From Chloroflexi bacterium UBA5189 (lineage in GTDB: Bacteria > Chloroflexota > Limnocylindria > Limnocylindrales > CSP1-4), in assembly GCA_002413045.1 (NCBI GenBank), contig DHWF01000031.1, positions 149,241 through 213,240 on the forward strand: a stretch of DNA of 64,000 nucleotides, written 5' to 3'. Shown here one piece after another: positions 1 through 9,199 of this stretch. Below the pieces are notes generated by a model. The model was not told the origin of the DNA and did no database searches. It saw nothing but the letters and a program-made list of their open reading frames with translations. The translations under genes and the position numbers were made by a program. Numbering within the stretch: position 1 is the first letter of the stretch; each line of letters starts with the position of its first letter.

Positions 1-1169
1 CGATCGAAGGCGCCCCGGGCCTCAAGCCGGAGCACCTGTCGGTGTTCGACTGCGCGTTCAAGCCGGTCAACGGCGAGCGCTCGATCCACTACATGGGCCA
101 CGTCCGGATGATGTCGGCGGTCCAGCCGTTCATCTCCGGCGCGATCAGCAAGACCGTGAACATGCCGGAGGCGGCGACGGCCGAGGAGATCGAGTCGGTC
201 TACCTCGAGGGCTGGAAGCTCGGCCTGAAGGCGATCGCGATCTACCGCGACGGCAGCAAGCGCAGCCAGCCGCTCAGCACCGGCAAGAAGAAGGACGAGG
301 GTTCCGCGGAACAGCAAGCGCTCATCGTCTCGCTCCAGAAGGAGCTCGCGGAGTCGCAGGTCGAGGCGGGCAAGCCGCATCGCCGCCGGCTCCCGGCCGA
401 GCGAACCGCGGTCACCCACAAGTTCGACATCGCCGGCCACGAGGGCTACATCACCGTCGGGCTGTACCCGGACGGCCAGCCCGGCGAGATCTTCCTGAAG
501 ATGGCCAAGGAAGGCAGCACCGTCTCTGGCCTGATGGACACCTTCGCGACCACGGTCTCGGTGGCGCTCCAGTACGGCGTGCCGCTCCGCGACCTGGTCA
601 ACAAGTTCGCCCACGTCCGGTTCGAGCCCAGCGGCTTCACCGGCAACTCGGAGATCCCGATCGCCAAGAGCATCGTCGACTACATCTTCCGCTGGCTCGG
701 CTCGCGGTTCCTGACCGAGGACGACAAGGCGAGCCTCGGCCTCATCGATCGAAGTGCGACGTCCGACGCGCCGTACGGCTCGGCGCCCTCGGGCTCGATC
801 TCGTTCGCCGCACCGGCGCCGTCGATCTCGGCCAAGGCCGAGCCGATCGACCCGCCGGCGAAGGCGACCGCGGTCGGCGTCGACCAGGCGCCGAAGGCGG
901 AGCGCGTCGAGCTCGGCTACCTGGCCACGGTCGGGGCGTCGAACGGGCATGCGAATGGCCACTCGAACGGACATGCCAACGGCCACACCAATGGCAACGC
1001 GCCAAAGGCCACGAATGGCGGCGGGATCACGCTCAACCTGGGCGGCACGAAGGTCGCCTTCGCCACCCAGGCGGACGCTCCGTCGTGCATGGATTGCGGC
1101 TCGATCATGGTTCGCAACGGCTCTTGCTACAAGTGCCTCAACTGCGGCTCGACCTCCGGGTGCAGCTGA
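1..1169 (+). CDS. nrdJ: Class II (adenosylcobalamin-dependent) ribonucleotide reductase, C-terminal part, 5' end outside window
   Basis: Frame open from base 3. HYMGHVRMMSAVQPFISGAISKTVNMP and GWKLGLKAIAIYRDGSK are the conserved end of the NrdJ core. Terminal Cys cluster CMDCGS...CYKCLNCGS. NGH-repeat linker lies before it. Confidence 0.9.
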   Translation, partial: IEGAPGLKPEHLSVFDCAFKPVNGERSIHYMGHVRMMSAVQPFISGAISKTVNMPEAATAEEIESVYLEGWKLGLKAIAIYRDGSKRSQPLSTGKKKDEGSAEQQALIVSLQKELAESQVEAGKPHRRRLPAERTAVTHKFDIAGHEGYITVGLYPDGQPGEIFLKMAKEGSTVSGLMDTFATTVSVALQYGVPLRDLVNKFAHVRFEPSGFTGNSEIPIAKSIVDYIFRWLGSRFLTEDDKASLGLIDRSATSDAPYGSAPSGSISFAAPAPSISAKAEPIDPPAKATAVGVDQAPKAERVELGYLATVGASNGHANGHSNGHANGHTNGNAPKATNGGGITLNLGGTKVAFATQADAPSCMDCGSIMVRNGSCYKCLNCGSTSGCS

Positions 1170-1268
1170 GCAACCAGGGGTTTTGCCGGATTACGCCATC
1201 GACGCAGGAGGCGAGATCATCGCGGGGATGACGCGGCAAACCCCAACCCAGGCGGCATACACCGAGAC

Positions 1269-1300
1269 GAGAAGCCCCCGTTCCTCCACGGGGGCTTCTC
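1269..1300 (+). terminator. Hairpin downstream of nrdJ (possible intrinsic terminator, weak U tract)
   Basis: GAGAAGCCCCCG (1269-1280) pairs perfectly with CGGGGGCTTCTC (1289-1300), 8-nt loop, followed by CCTTCACG. Confidence 0.45.
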
Positions 1301-1360
1301 CCTTCACGTGTACGAGCCTCGGGGATCGGCTGAGCTTCGTGGCAGCCCATGGTCTCGTTC

Positions 1361-1387
1361 GGTCACGCGGCGTCAGGTCACGCGGCG
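1361..1387 (+). repeat. Perfect 12-bp direct repeat GGTCACGCGGCG x2 (period 15) just upstream of ATG 1401
   Basis: GGTCACGCGGCG at 1361-1372 and 1376-1387. A related GGTCTCG sits at 1351. TAGGGT (TANNNT-like) at 1392-1397. Confidence 0.8.
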
Positions 1388-1400
1388 CCAGATAGGGTTG

Positions 1401-2261
1401 ATGTCTGCAGTTCGACGCTTCGCCATACCCGTCATTTCGTTTCTGTTCGGCGCCGGCCTGCAAATCAGCGGTATCCAGCAACCCCTCGTAGCTGCCGGCC
1501 TGTGGGCCGTCGCTGCGATTTGGGCATTGATTGCCTTCATTACTTGGCAGCCGATCCGATCGCGAGCGTCGCACCTGAGGAGCACGCTTGGAGATCGAAG
1601 TCCGCTGTCGATAACGATCTCTCGGAGGCGGCGCCCGCCGGTGCCGGTGGATCCATCGAGCCTAGGATTCTTGGACTTCGAGGCCGAGGCCGAACGCGCC
1701 ATGAAGCGGATGACTAAGCGATTAGGCGAGATGGGAGCTGAGATCGAGCGAATCGGCGACACGTTTGGCAGGTCAGCACCGCGCATCCCAGCGCTAGCAA
1801 ACGCGTCCGCGGCAACCAAACAAAGCGAGTTGCGCGAGGTAGGCAACCGCGTCGATGGCCATGCAGCCAAGTTGGAGGCCATCCAGTCCCTTTTCCGCGT
1901 CGACATCGAGGCGATGACTACGAACTACCTTAATCGCTTGGACTACGTCGATGCGGAAGGAGCCTCCACTCTTCGGCCGACGTTTGCGGGCATGTCGGAT
2001 GCGGTCGACGGCGCTCGGCCGAGCACCGTCGGTATGCGCGACGCCGCGCTGGGACTCCGAGCAAAGAACGTCCAGCAATCCGTCAACCTTGCTTGCGAGC
2101 GGCTGGCCGACAGTCTCCAGAGGATCGTGTCGGACATGGACACCGTCAAACGGTTTACGACAGCGGCATTGCGCAAGCTCGACGACAAGATCATCTCCGC
2201 CAGCGTGGCTCGCCCAACAGGATCGGCGCCAAACCGCCACGCCCGACGACGCACGCGATGA
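1401..2261 (+). CDS. Hypothetical membrane protein, two N-terminal TM helices plus long helical region
   Basis: ATG 1401 inside ORF 1308-2261. TM-like FAIPVISFLFGAGLQISGI and AAGLWAVAAIWALIAFITW, then charged helical sequence. No family recognised. Visibly lower GC than neighbours. Confidence 0.5.
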   Translation: MSAVRRFAIPVISFLFGAGLQISGIQQPLVAAGLWAVAAIWALIAFITWQPIRSRASHLRSTLGDRSPLSITISRRRRPPVPVDPSSLGFLDFEAEAERAMKRMTKRLGEMGAEIERIGDTFGRSAPRIPALANASAATKQSELREVGNRVDGHAAKLEAIQSLFRVDIEAMTTNYLNRLDYVDAEGASTLRPTFAGMSDAVDGARPSTVGMRDAALGLRAKNVQQSVNLACERLADSLQRIVSDMDTVKRFTTAALRKLDDKIISASVARPTGSAPNRHARRRTR

Positions 2262-2368
2262 CTTAACGTCACTGACCGGCCAGGGCGTTCGCGCTGCCTA
2301 CCGCCGCCACGCGTGACGCGGCAAGCGCGCCTCGGCTGAGCTAAGGGAGATGTGGGAGGTCGCGTGCG

Positions 2369-3046
2369 TCAGGTACCGGGCGTCCAGGCCACGTAATCGA
2401 TGAGCATCGCGCGGCACGCGGCCGCGGTACCGCACGCGTTTTCGGAATAGACGAAGCGCCCAAGCACGACGACCTGCGCCGCGCCGCCGACCCACTCCAT
2501 CCCGCCCGGGGCGACGACCCCGTCCACCATCGAGGCGGTGACCGATTCGAGCCCGGCGCTGCGGGAGCCGACGCCCTCGATGCTGTCGATCACGACGGGT
2601 GCATTGGGATCCGGGCGCGGCGAGTAGAAGACGCCGGACCTGGCGCAGAACGCGTAGGGATCGACGAAACCACGAACGTTCGGTCGTGCGTCCGGCATGT
2701 AGAGCGCCGCCTGCGGCGGACAGTCGGCGATCACCATCGGGGTGTACCAACCGGAGACCGCCACGACGTCGTCGAGCCCCAGGTTCTGGATCTGGACGGT
2801 ATCGAGGCGCTGAACCTCGAAGCCGAGCACCTCCCCCGGGAAGGGCGCCTCGGACGGGCGTGCCGGCGATGGGGCAATGGTCGGAGGCGGGACGACGGCG
2901 GTTAGGTGGTCCGGGCGAGCGCCACTGATGCCCAGCAAGGCGATCGCGACGAGCACGACGACCGGCACCAGGAGGGTGGCGCGGGCGAGTCGACGCCGTC
3001 TCGGCACGATGACGGCGCGCGCCTCGAAGCCGGACCGATCGTCCAC
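2369..3046 (-). CDS. Hypothetical membrane-anchored secreted protein
   Basis: N-terminal Arg-rich stretch then TM LLVPVVVLVAIALLGISG. Non-repetitive C-terminal domain with 5 Cys. Lies downstream of the sigma/anti-sigma pair on the same strand. Confidence 0.55.
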   Translation of the reverse strand: MDDRSGFEARAVIVPRRRRLARATLLVPVVVLVAIALLGISGARPDHLTAVVPPPTIAPSPARPSEAPFPGEVLGFEVQRLDTVQIQNLGLDDVVAVSGWYTPMVIADCPPQAALYMPDARPNVRGFVDPYAFCARSGVFYSPRPDPNAPVVIDSIEGVGSRSAGLESVTASMVDGVVAPGGMEWVGGAAQVVVLGRFVYSENACGTAAACRAMLIDYVAWTPGT

Positions 3047-3125
3047 GTAGGGAGCGTAGTCCCAGCCTGAGAATCGAGAGGGCCCGGCGTGGCCGGGCCC
3101 CTCGACGATCTGCTGGTGCCCTGTG

Positions 3126-5432
3126 TCAGGGCGCGAGCGGTGGCAGCAGCTGGAAGCGGACGAGCTTGGCGTCGCCGGGTCCGCCGGGGTTTGTCACGTC
3201 CGCGACGATCAGGTCGCCGTCGAGCATGAGGAGCCCGGTTGGCCATGGCAGATCGAGCTCGCCCTGACCGTTCCCGCCGAATCCGGTGACGTAGGTGCCG
3301 TCGGCATCGAACACCAGGACGCCCGGGGAGGCACCTCGGTTGGAGCCCTGGTCGACGAACATCCGGCCGTCTGGCGTGATCGCCATCGCGCCCGGCTGCT
3401 CGTTGAACTTGCCGGCACCGAACGTCATCGTGAGCTTTCCGGTCGGATCGAACCGATCGACCTGCTCCGGGTCGATGTCGCTGACGTAGAAGTTGCCCTT
3501 GCTGTCGATGGCCAGAGCGTTCGCGGTGTTGACGCCCTTGCTCGCGTTCGGGAACGCATCGAAGGTCGCCAGGACCGTGCCGGTCTTGTCGAACCGTTCG
3601 ATCACGCCGCGCCCGTCGTCGAGGACGCAGATCGAGCCGTCCGGCGCGACGACGATCCCGACGGGATCGACGAACTGGCCGGCGTCAGGCCCGAAGGTGC
3701 CCCACGTGCGCACGAACTTCCGGTTCTTGTCGAAGGCCTGCACGCGCTCGTTGCCGACGTCCAGCACATAGAACGACCCATCCTGCGCGAACGCGACGGT
3801 TCCGTAGCCGTCCCCGTTTGCCCGCCGCAGGTTGAACTGGCCGTCACCGGTCCCGAACGTGCCCCAAGCCTCGAGGTACTTCCCGTCGGCATCGAAGATC
3901 GTGAACTCGTGGTTGTACGGATCGGCGACCCAGAGGCGGCCATCGGGCGCGAGCGCGATCGTGTTCGGGGTCCAACCGTCGACAGTCGCCTTTGCCGTCC
4001 AGCGGATGGCAACCAGTGGCGGGCCGGCGGATGCAATCGCAGCTGGTGACGCCTCGAGGGTCGGGGCGGCTGTGACGTCGGCGACCGGCGCCGGCGACAC
4101 GGCCTTCCCATCGCCACCAATCACGTACAGGTTGCCCAGGTCTGTTGCGACGAAGACGAACCCGTGTGCAACCGCGATGCAGCAGGAGTCGTGGCCGTCC
4201 ACCGGGACCTGCCAGAGCTGCCAGCCGTCGGTTGCCCGGAGGGCGTAGACACCCTGAGCGCTGTCGGCCGGGATGTACACGACACCACCCGCGACCGCTG
4301 GAGCGCGGGTGCTCGTCGCCAGCTTGACGTGCCACAACTGGCGACCCGTTCGGGCTTCGAACGCCGCGACGTCACCAAGCGGCTGGATCGTCGCGTATGC
4401 GACCCCGCCCACGACGGCCGGGGCGCCGTAGCCTTCCGGAACGTCCCACAGCAGGCTGCCCGTGGCGGCGTCGAACGCGCGGAGATGACCGGTCGACTCT
4501 TCGCTACCCGCGCCGATGTACACGATGCCGTCGGCGACGACGGCCGTGCCGAAAACGCCGGTGCCGAGATCGGCTCGCCAGTCGCTTGCGCCGGACGTCG
4601 CGTCGAGCGCGACGAGCTGGCCATTGTCGAATGCGCCGTAGACCCGGCCGTCGGCGAACGCGACGTTGTGGATCGGGCTCGTGGCGGTGGCGATCGCGGT
4701 TCGCCAACGCTGCGCCCCGGTCGTGGCATCGAGCGCCACGATGGCGCTGTCGCTGGTCCCGAAATACACCATCCCGGATCCCACGGCGATGCTCGACGCG
4801 GGCCGCGATGGCTGGGATCGCCAGCGCTCCCGTCCGGTCGTGGCATCGACCGCATAGACGATCGCCCCGCCATCGGAGACGTAGGCGAGCCCGTTGGCGA
4901 CCGAGACGTCCGACCCGATGGCGGAGGTCGGCGGCCGGAAGGACCACAGCTCGTTGCCGGTGCCGGTATCGACGGCATGGAGCACCCCGTCCGCGCTCGA
5001 GGCGTAGGCCGTCGAGCCGACGATCGCGATGCCGTTGGAGAAGTTGGCGCCGGCCTTGAACGTTGCATGGATCACGCCCTGGCCGACCGGCCCGGTCCGG
5101 GCAACGCCGTTGCGCGCGGGGCCACCGCGGAACGCGGTCCAATCGTCCGCTGCAGCGATCTGGTTCAGGAGATACGCGCCCACGGCGACCGCAGCGAGCG
5201 CGGCCAGGAGGGCGATGAGCGCAATCGCGATACGTCGCGTCGGCGAGCCGACAAGAACGTGAGACTTGGTTTGCATCGGGGTCTCCCTCAGGAGAGCCAG
5301 CCATCGCGGCCGAGGCCGCAGGCGGCCCGTCACGGAAAGTGCTTCATCGATGGCGCCGGCGGGCACGCCAGTGGCGGCCTCGTCGGCCATCCAGGAAGCG
5401 AGCTGGCGTTCGAACGACTGCGTCGTGCTCAT
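3126..5432 (-). CDS. Anti-sigma-like single-pass membrane protein with PQQ-like beta-propeller and NHL-repeat domains
   Basis: ATGA overlap with the sigma gene stop (5429-5432). One TM (IAIALIALLAALAAVAVGAYLL). Repeated blades with G.ELW/ERWR/QRWR/LLWD/QLWH motifs. C-terminal NHL-like repeats (GQF..P.G..V..DG...V.D..N.R.Q.F). Confidence 0.8.
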   Translation of the reverse strand: MSTTQSFERQLASWMADEAATGVPAGAIDEALSVTGRLRPRPRWLALLRETPMQTKSHVLVGSPTRRIAIALIALLAALAAVAVGAYLLNQIAAADDWTAFRGGPARNGVARTGPVGQGVIHATFKAGANFSNGIAIVGSTAYASSADGVLHAVDTGTGNELWSFRPPTSAIGSDVSVANGLAYVSDGGAIVYAVDATTGRERWRSQPSRPASSIAVGSGMVYFGTSDSAIVALDATTGAQRWRTAIATATSPIHNVAFADGRVYGAFDNGQLVALDATSGASDWRADLGTGVFGTAVVADGIVYIGAGSEESTGHLRAFDAATGSLLWDVPEGYGAPAVVGGVAYATIQPLGDVAAFEARTGRQLWHVKLATSTRAPAVAGGVVYIPADSAQGVYALRATDGWQLWQVPVDGHDSCCIAVAHGFVFVATDLGNLYVIGGDGKAVSPAPVADVTAAPTLEASPAAIASAGPPLVAIRWTAKATVDGWTPNTIALAPDGRLWVADPYNHEFTIFDADGKYLEAWGTFGTGDGQFNLRRANGDGYGTVAFAQDGSFYVLDVGNERVQAFDKNRKFVRTWGTFGPDAGQFVDPVGIVVAPDGSICVLDDGRGVIERFDKTGTVLATFDAFPNASKGVNTANALAIDSKGNFYVSDIDPEQVDRFDPTGKLTMTFGAGKFNEQPGAMAITPDGRMFVDQGSNRGASPGVLVFDADGTYVTGFGGNGQGELDLPWPTGLLMLDGDLIVADVTNPGGPGDAKLVRFQLLPPLAP

Positions 5433-5983
5433 GCCGATCGCTCCTGGAGGGCGGTCGGTCGGTCTGCGCCCATCGCTGAGCGCATCGCGGCCAGACCGCG
5501 GTTGAGCCGGGACTTCGCAGTCCCGACCGGGATGTCGAGGATCTCGGCGAGCTCGGTGAGGGGCAGGCCGAGGTAGAAGTGCAGGACGAGGACGGCGCGC
5601 TGGTCCACCGGGAGGCGGGCCAGCGCGCGGCCCATCTGGTCGCGGTCAACGACCGCGTTGGAAAAGTCGGTCGAGGTGTCTGCGTCTTCATCGGGCGCCA
5701 CGTGGAGCTCGACGAGATCGCGGCGCCGAACCTTCCGAACCCACCGATAGCAGGCCCGGACGGTCAGCCGGTTCAGCCAGGCATCCCACGCGTCGGCGTC
5801 CCGAAGCGCTCGAATATCTCGCCAGGCGAGCACGAGTGCCTCCTGGACCGCGTCCTGAGCGCGATCCAGGTCACGAAGGATGAGTCGGGCGACGGCGTAC
5901 AGCCGGGGATACGAGCCTCTCACCAGGACGGAGAAGGCTTCGTGATCGCCCGCTTGTGCTCGTTCGACGAGCTGTCGCTGCAT
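5429..5983 (-). CDS. ECF-family RNA polymerase sigma-70 factor
   Basis: Region 2 DAVQEALVLAWRDIRALRD and region 4 HTH LPLTELAEILDIPVGTAKSRLNRG. 184 aa. Confidence 0.9.
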   Translation of the reverse strand: MQRQLVERAQAGDHEAFSVLVRGSYPRLYAVARLILRDLDRAQDAVQEALVLAWRDIRALRDADAWDAWLNRLTVRACYRWVRKVRRRDLVELHVAPDEDADTSTDFSNAVVDRDQMGRALARLPVDQRAVLVLHFYLGLPLTELAEILDIPVGTAKSRLNRGLAAMRSAMGADRPTALQERSA

Positions 5984-6129
5984 TCCGCCACCTGTACCGC
6001 GCGGCCTGGATGGCTGCGCTCATAACGGTACGGTTCCAGGGAGGGCGAAACGGTTCCATGAATCCCGCGCCGGCGGCTGCGGACGCGGCGCGCTCGATGG
6101 CGCGGCGGGGGTTCCTCGTTCGGCGCTGC

Positions 6130-6675
6130 CTACAACGCCACGTGCTCCTCGCCGAAGAGCGCCTGCTGGCCGTAGCCGGGCGCGCCTTCGAGCTGGAGCA
6201 TGCGGCGCTTGGTCGCGAGCCCGCCCGGGGCCGAGAAGCCGGTGAGCGCGCCATTGGCCGCGACGACGCGATGGCACGGCACGATGATCGGGAACGGGTT
6301 GCGCGCGAGGGCGGCGCCGACGTCGCGGGCGCCGTCCGGGTACCCGATCGATCGCGCGACCTCGCCGTAGCTTTGCGTCGTGCCAGGCCGGATCTCGCGG
6401 GTCGCGGCGTAGACGGCTCGCCGGAACTGGTCGACGCCACGATCGTCGATCGGAACGTCGCGCAGGTCGCGCGCGACGCCTGCCATGACGGCGACCATCC
6501 CATCGATCGCCTCGCGGACGAACCGTGGGACTTGCGCACCATCCTCCAGCCGCGGCCCGGATCTACCGCCAACGGTCGGGAGCAGCACGCCGCTGATGCC
6601 CGCGTCGGTCCACCGAACGGCGCAGCGGCCGAGCTCGGTGTCGAAGGTCACGGTCGACGGCCTCACGTTGTCCAT
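6130..6675 (-). CDS. ogt: Methylated-DNA--protein-cysteine methyltransferase
   Basis: Active-site PCHRVV, SYGEVARSIG, ALARNPFPIIVPCHRVV. Start reset to ATG 6675 (MDNVRPST) because the track ORF extension overlaps the upstream gene. Confidence 0.85.
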   Translation of the reverse strand: MDNVRPSTVTFDTELGRCAVRWTDAGISGVLLPTVGGRSGPRLEDGAQVPRFVREAIDGMVAVMAGVARDLRDVPIDDRGVDQFRRAVYAATREIRPGTTQSYGEVARSIGYPDGARDVGAALARNPFPIIVPCHRVVAANGALTGFSAPGGLATKRRMLQLEGAPGYGQQALFGEEHVAL

Positions 6676-6727
6676 GATCCCTACAACACGGGCGGGCTGG
6701 TGGCGGTTGCGACGGAGGCCGCCACGA

Positions 6728-7729
6728 TCAGGCGGACTGGGACGACGCGCCAACCAGCGGACCGAGCCCCTGCGCTCGACGGGCTCGCAGGACGATCCGG
6801 ACGATCTCCCACGCCGTTGCGAGCGTCGTGCCCACCGCGATCGCGAGCATGGGGGCCCCGGCGCCGCTCCCGAGGTCGGGCCAGTGGATGACCTGGGCAA
6901 AGTCGGGGTTCACGATCCAGCCAGCAAGCGCACCCACGACGAGCGGCACGGCGAACAGGACGTGGAGCAGCACCATGCTGAACGCCAGGAAGGCCGTCCA
7001 ACGGCCGGCGTTGTAGGCCAACACGTGGCCGAACCCGCGCAAGGCGACCAGCGCGATGAGGATCGGAAGCCACACGGTCCTGAAGTCGTGATCGAGGAGC
7101 GGAACCTCGACGTTGGATGCCGTGGTGGTCGACAGGCCGCCGACGAACACGAGAATCCCAATGGTGATGAGTGACGTGGCGATCTCGCCCGCGGCCTCGC
7201 GGACCGCGATTCGACCGTCCGAGACCTTTGGGAGCCGCTCGAGGGTCCAGCGGCCGGTAGCCGCAACGAGCTCACTCCTGGCTTGCCTGGCAGGACCGGC
7301 GCGCTCGAGGAAGACGAACGTCACGGTCACCCAGAACGCGATTCCGATGCCGACGTTGATCGCAGTGGCAATGCCGCTCGCGATCGCCGCCTGGAGATCG
7401 CCGCCGCCGACAATCTTGATTGCCCCCATCACGAGGGCAGCTATCGGAACCGCGATGGCCAACAGGCGCGGCAGGAGCCGCCGGTAGAGCGGGAACAGCT
7501 CGGGCCCGATCAGGTAGCTCGGCTGACCGGTGTACGCCGCGGCCAGCGCGGTGGGATCGCCGAGGGCCTCGAGAACGGCGCGCTCGGCAGTGGGCGCGTC
7601 CATTCCGGTTGCGAGGCGCTCCTCGATGGCGTCCTCGATCGACGATCGGAGCTCGCGCTCGACGTCGGTTCGCTTCGGCTCGGGGATGCTCCGCAGCACC
7701 GCGGCGAGGTACTGCTCGGTCCAGGCCAT
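6728..7729 (-). CDS. PadR-associated polytopic membrane protein (DUF1700/HAAS-like N-terminal helical domain)
   Basis: Start ATG 7729 is 1 nt after the PadR stop. N-terminus MAWTEQYLAAVLRSIPEPKRTDVERELRSSIEDAIEE is typical of PadR-linked sensors. Several TM helices follow. Confidence 0.7.
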   Translation of the reverse strand: MAWTEQYLAAVLRSIPEPKRTDVERELRSSIEDAIEERLATGMDAPTAERAVLEALGDPTALAAAYTGQPSYLIGPELFPLYRRLLPRLLAIAVPIAALVMGAIKIVGGGDLQAAIASGIATAINVGIGIAFWVTVTFVFLERAGPARQARSELVAATGRWTLERLPKVSDGRIAVREAAGEIATSLITIGILVFVGGLSTTTASNVEVPLLDHDFRTVWLPILIALVALRGFGHVLAYNAGRWTAFLAFSMVLLHVLFAVPLVVGALAGWIVNPDFAQVIHWPDLGSGAGAPMLAIAVGTTLATAWEIVRIVLRARRAQGLGPLVGASSQSA

Positions 7730-7730
7730 T

Positions 7731-8090
7731 TCAGCTCCTTCCGTTGAGGGAATGCAGGGACGCGGTGAGGTCGGAGACATCGGTCAGCAACTGTGTGGCG
7801 AGCTCGTCGCCGGCCTCGGTCGTCGTATAGAACTTGCGGGGCCGCGATTCGTCCGTGTTCCACTCGCTCTGGAGAAGGCCGCGCTCCTCGAGTCGTCGAA
7901 GCAGCGGGTAGACCGTGTTGCCGTCGCTCGAGATGCCCGCGGCTTCGAGGGTCTTCAGCAGCCCATAGCCATAGCCGGGCTCCCGGAGCGCGAGCAGGCA
8001 TGCGAGCACGACGGTTCCCCGCCGCAGCTCCTGCCGATGGTTTCCCAGTAGCTCGTCATCAGGCATGTGGCGCACATTACTGTGCGTCAC
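7731..8090 (-). CDS. PadR-family transcriptional regulator
   Basis: Winged HTH GYGLLKTLEAAGISSDGNTVYPLLRRLEERGLLQSEW...RKFYTTTEAG. Alternative start ATG 8066. Confidence 0.85.
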   Translation of the reverse strand: MTHSNVRHMPDDELLGNHRQELRRGTVVLACLLALREPGYGYGLLKTLEAAGISSDGNTVYPLLRRLEERGLLQSEWNTDESRPRKFYTTTEAGDELATQLLTDVSDLTASLHSLNGRS

Positions 8091-8258
8091 ACACTACTGT
8101 CAAGCGAAGGTGTCAGCGATCGGCGTCCAGGAAGTTGATCGCCGCGGCGCGTTTCGACATCCAGAGCGTTGCAGACGAATTGCAACCCGGCCACCCGGGA
8201 TCGCAATCGCGCGGGCTCGGGCGCGCTGCGACAATCACCCGGCCGACAGGAGGACCCG

Positions 8259-9185
8259 ATGACCGACGCCACGATGACCGAGCCCACGACCGAACCGACG
8301 ACGATCGAGCCGACGACCACCGAGCCGATCACGCGAACGCTCGACACGCTTGGCGCAACCATCACGTACGACATCCGCCCCAATGAACGGGGTGCTCGGC
8401 CCTTCCTCATGCTGATCGGCTCACCGATGGGCGCCAGCGGGTTCCCGACCCTGGCTGGGCATTTCATCGATCGAACGGTGATCACGTACGACCCGCGCGG
8501 GGTCGATCGAAGCAAGAAGGCCGACGACCTGAGCGAGTCGACGCCGCAGCAGCATGCCGACGACATCCACCGCGTGATCGAGGCGGTCGGCGGCGGCCCG
8601 GTCGATCTCTTCGCGACCAGCGGCGGTGCCGTGAACGCGCTCGCACTCGTGGCTGCGCATCCCGAGGACGTCCGGGTCCTGGTCGCGCACGAGCCGCCGC
8701 TTGCCGGGCTCCTCCCCGACTGCGCCTCGGCCCTCGCCGCCTCGAGGGACATCCACGACACGTACATGCGTCGTGGCTTTGGTCCGGCGATGGCGAAGTT
8801 CATCAAGATCGTCAGCTTCGTCGGTCCGATCACGCCGGAGTACCACCGCGAACCTGATCCGGACCCAGCGATGTTCGGCCTGCCGACCGAGGACGATGGC
8901 TCGCGGAACGACCCGCTCCTCGGCCAGAACATGGTCTCGTCGACCCATTACGAGCCGGATCTGCCCGCGCTGCGCCGTGCATCGACCCGGATCGTGATCG
9001 CCGTCGGCGCCAAGTCCGAGGGCCAGTTCGCGCATCGCGGTGGAATCGCCATCGCGGAACGACTCGGACTGACGCCGGTCGCGTTCCCCGGCGGCCACGA
9101 CGGGTTCATGGGGGGCGAAATGGGCTCGATGGGCGAGCCAGACGCCTTCCAGGCGAAGCTCCGCGAGGCGTTCGCGACCCCGTAA
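8259..9185 (+). CDS. Alpha/beta hydrolase
   Basis: AGGAGG 8 nt upstream of ATG 8259. Nucleophile elbow ATSGG, ITYDPRGVDRS, HEPP. Typical alpha/beta-fold length. Confidence 0.8.
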   Translation: MTDATMTEPTTEPTTIEPTTTEPITRTLDTLGATITYDIRPNERGARPFLMLIGSPMGASGFPTLAGHFIDRTVITYDPRGVDRSKKADDLSESTPQQHADDIHRVIEAVGGGPVDLFATSGGAVNALALVAAHPEDVRVLVAHEPPLAGLLPDCASALAASRDIHDTYMRRGFGPAMAKFIKIVSFVGPITPEYHREPDPDPAMFGLPTEDDGSRNDPLLGQNMVSSTHYEPDLPALRRASTRIVIAVGAKSEGQFAHRGGIAIAERLGLTPVAFPGGHDGFMGGEMGSMGEPDAFQAKLREAFATP

Positions 9186-9199
9186 ACGCTCGTTGGGAC

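Noticed and set aside
8060-8100. PadR operator at ATGTG-GCG-CACAT and the TACTGT direct repeats near the first PadR gene start.
   Set aside because: The sites overlap the possible coding start (ATG 8066 or GTG 8090), so they may simply be coding sequence. Evidence is weaker than for the palindrome at 11611-11630.
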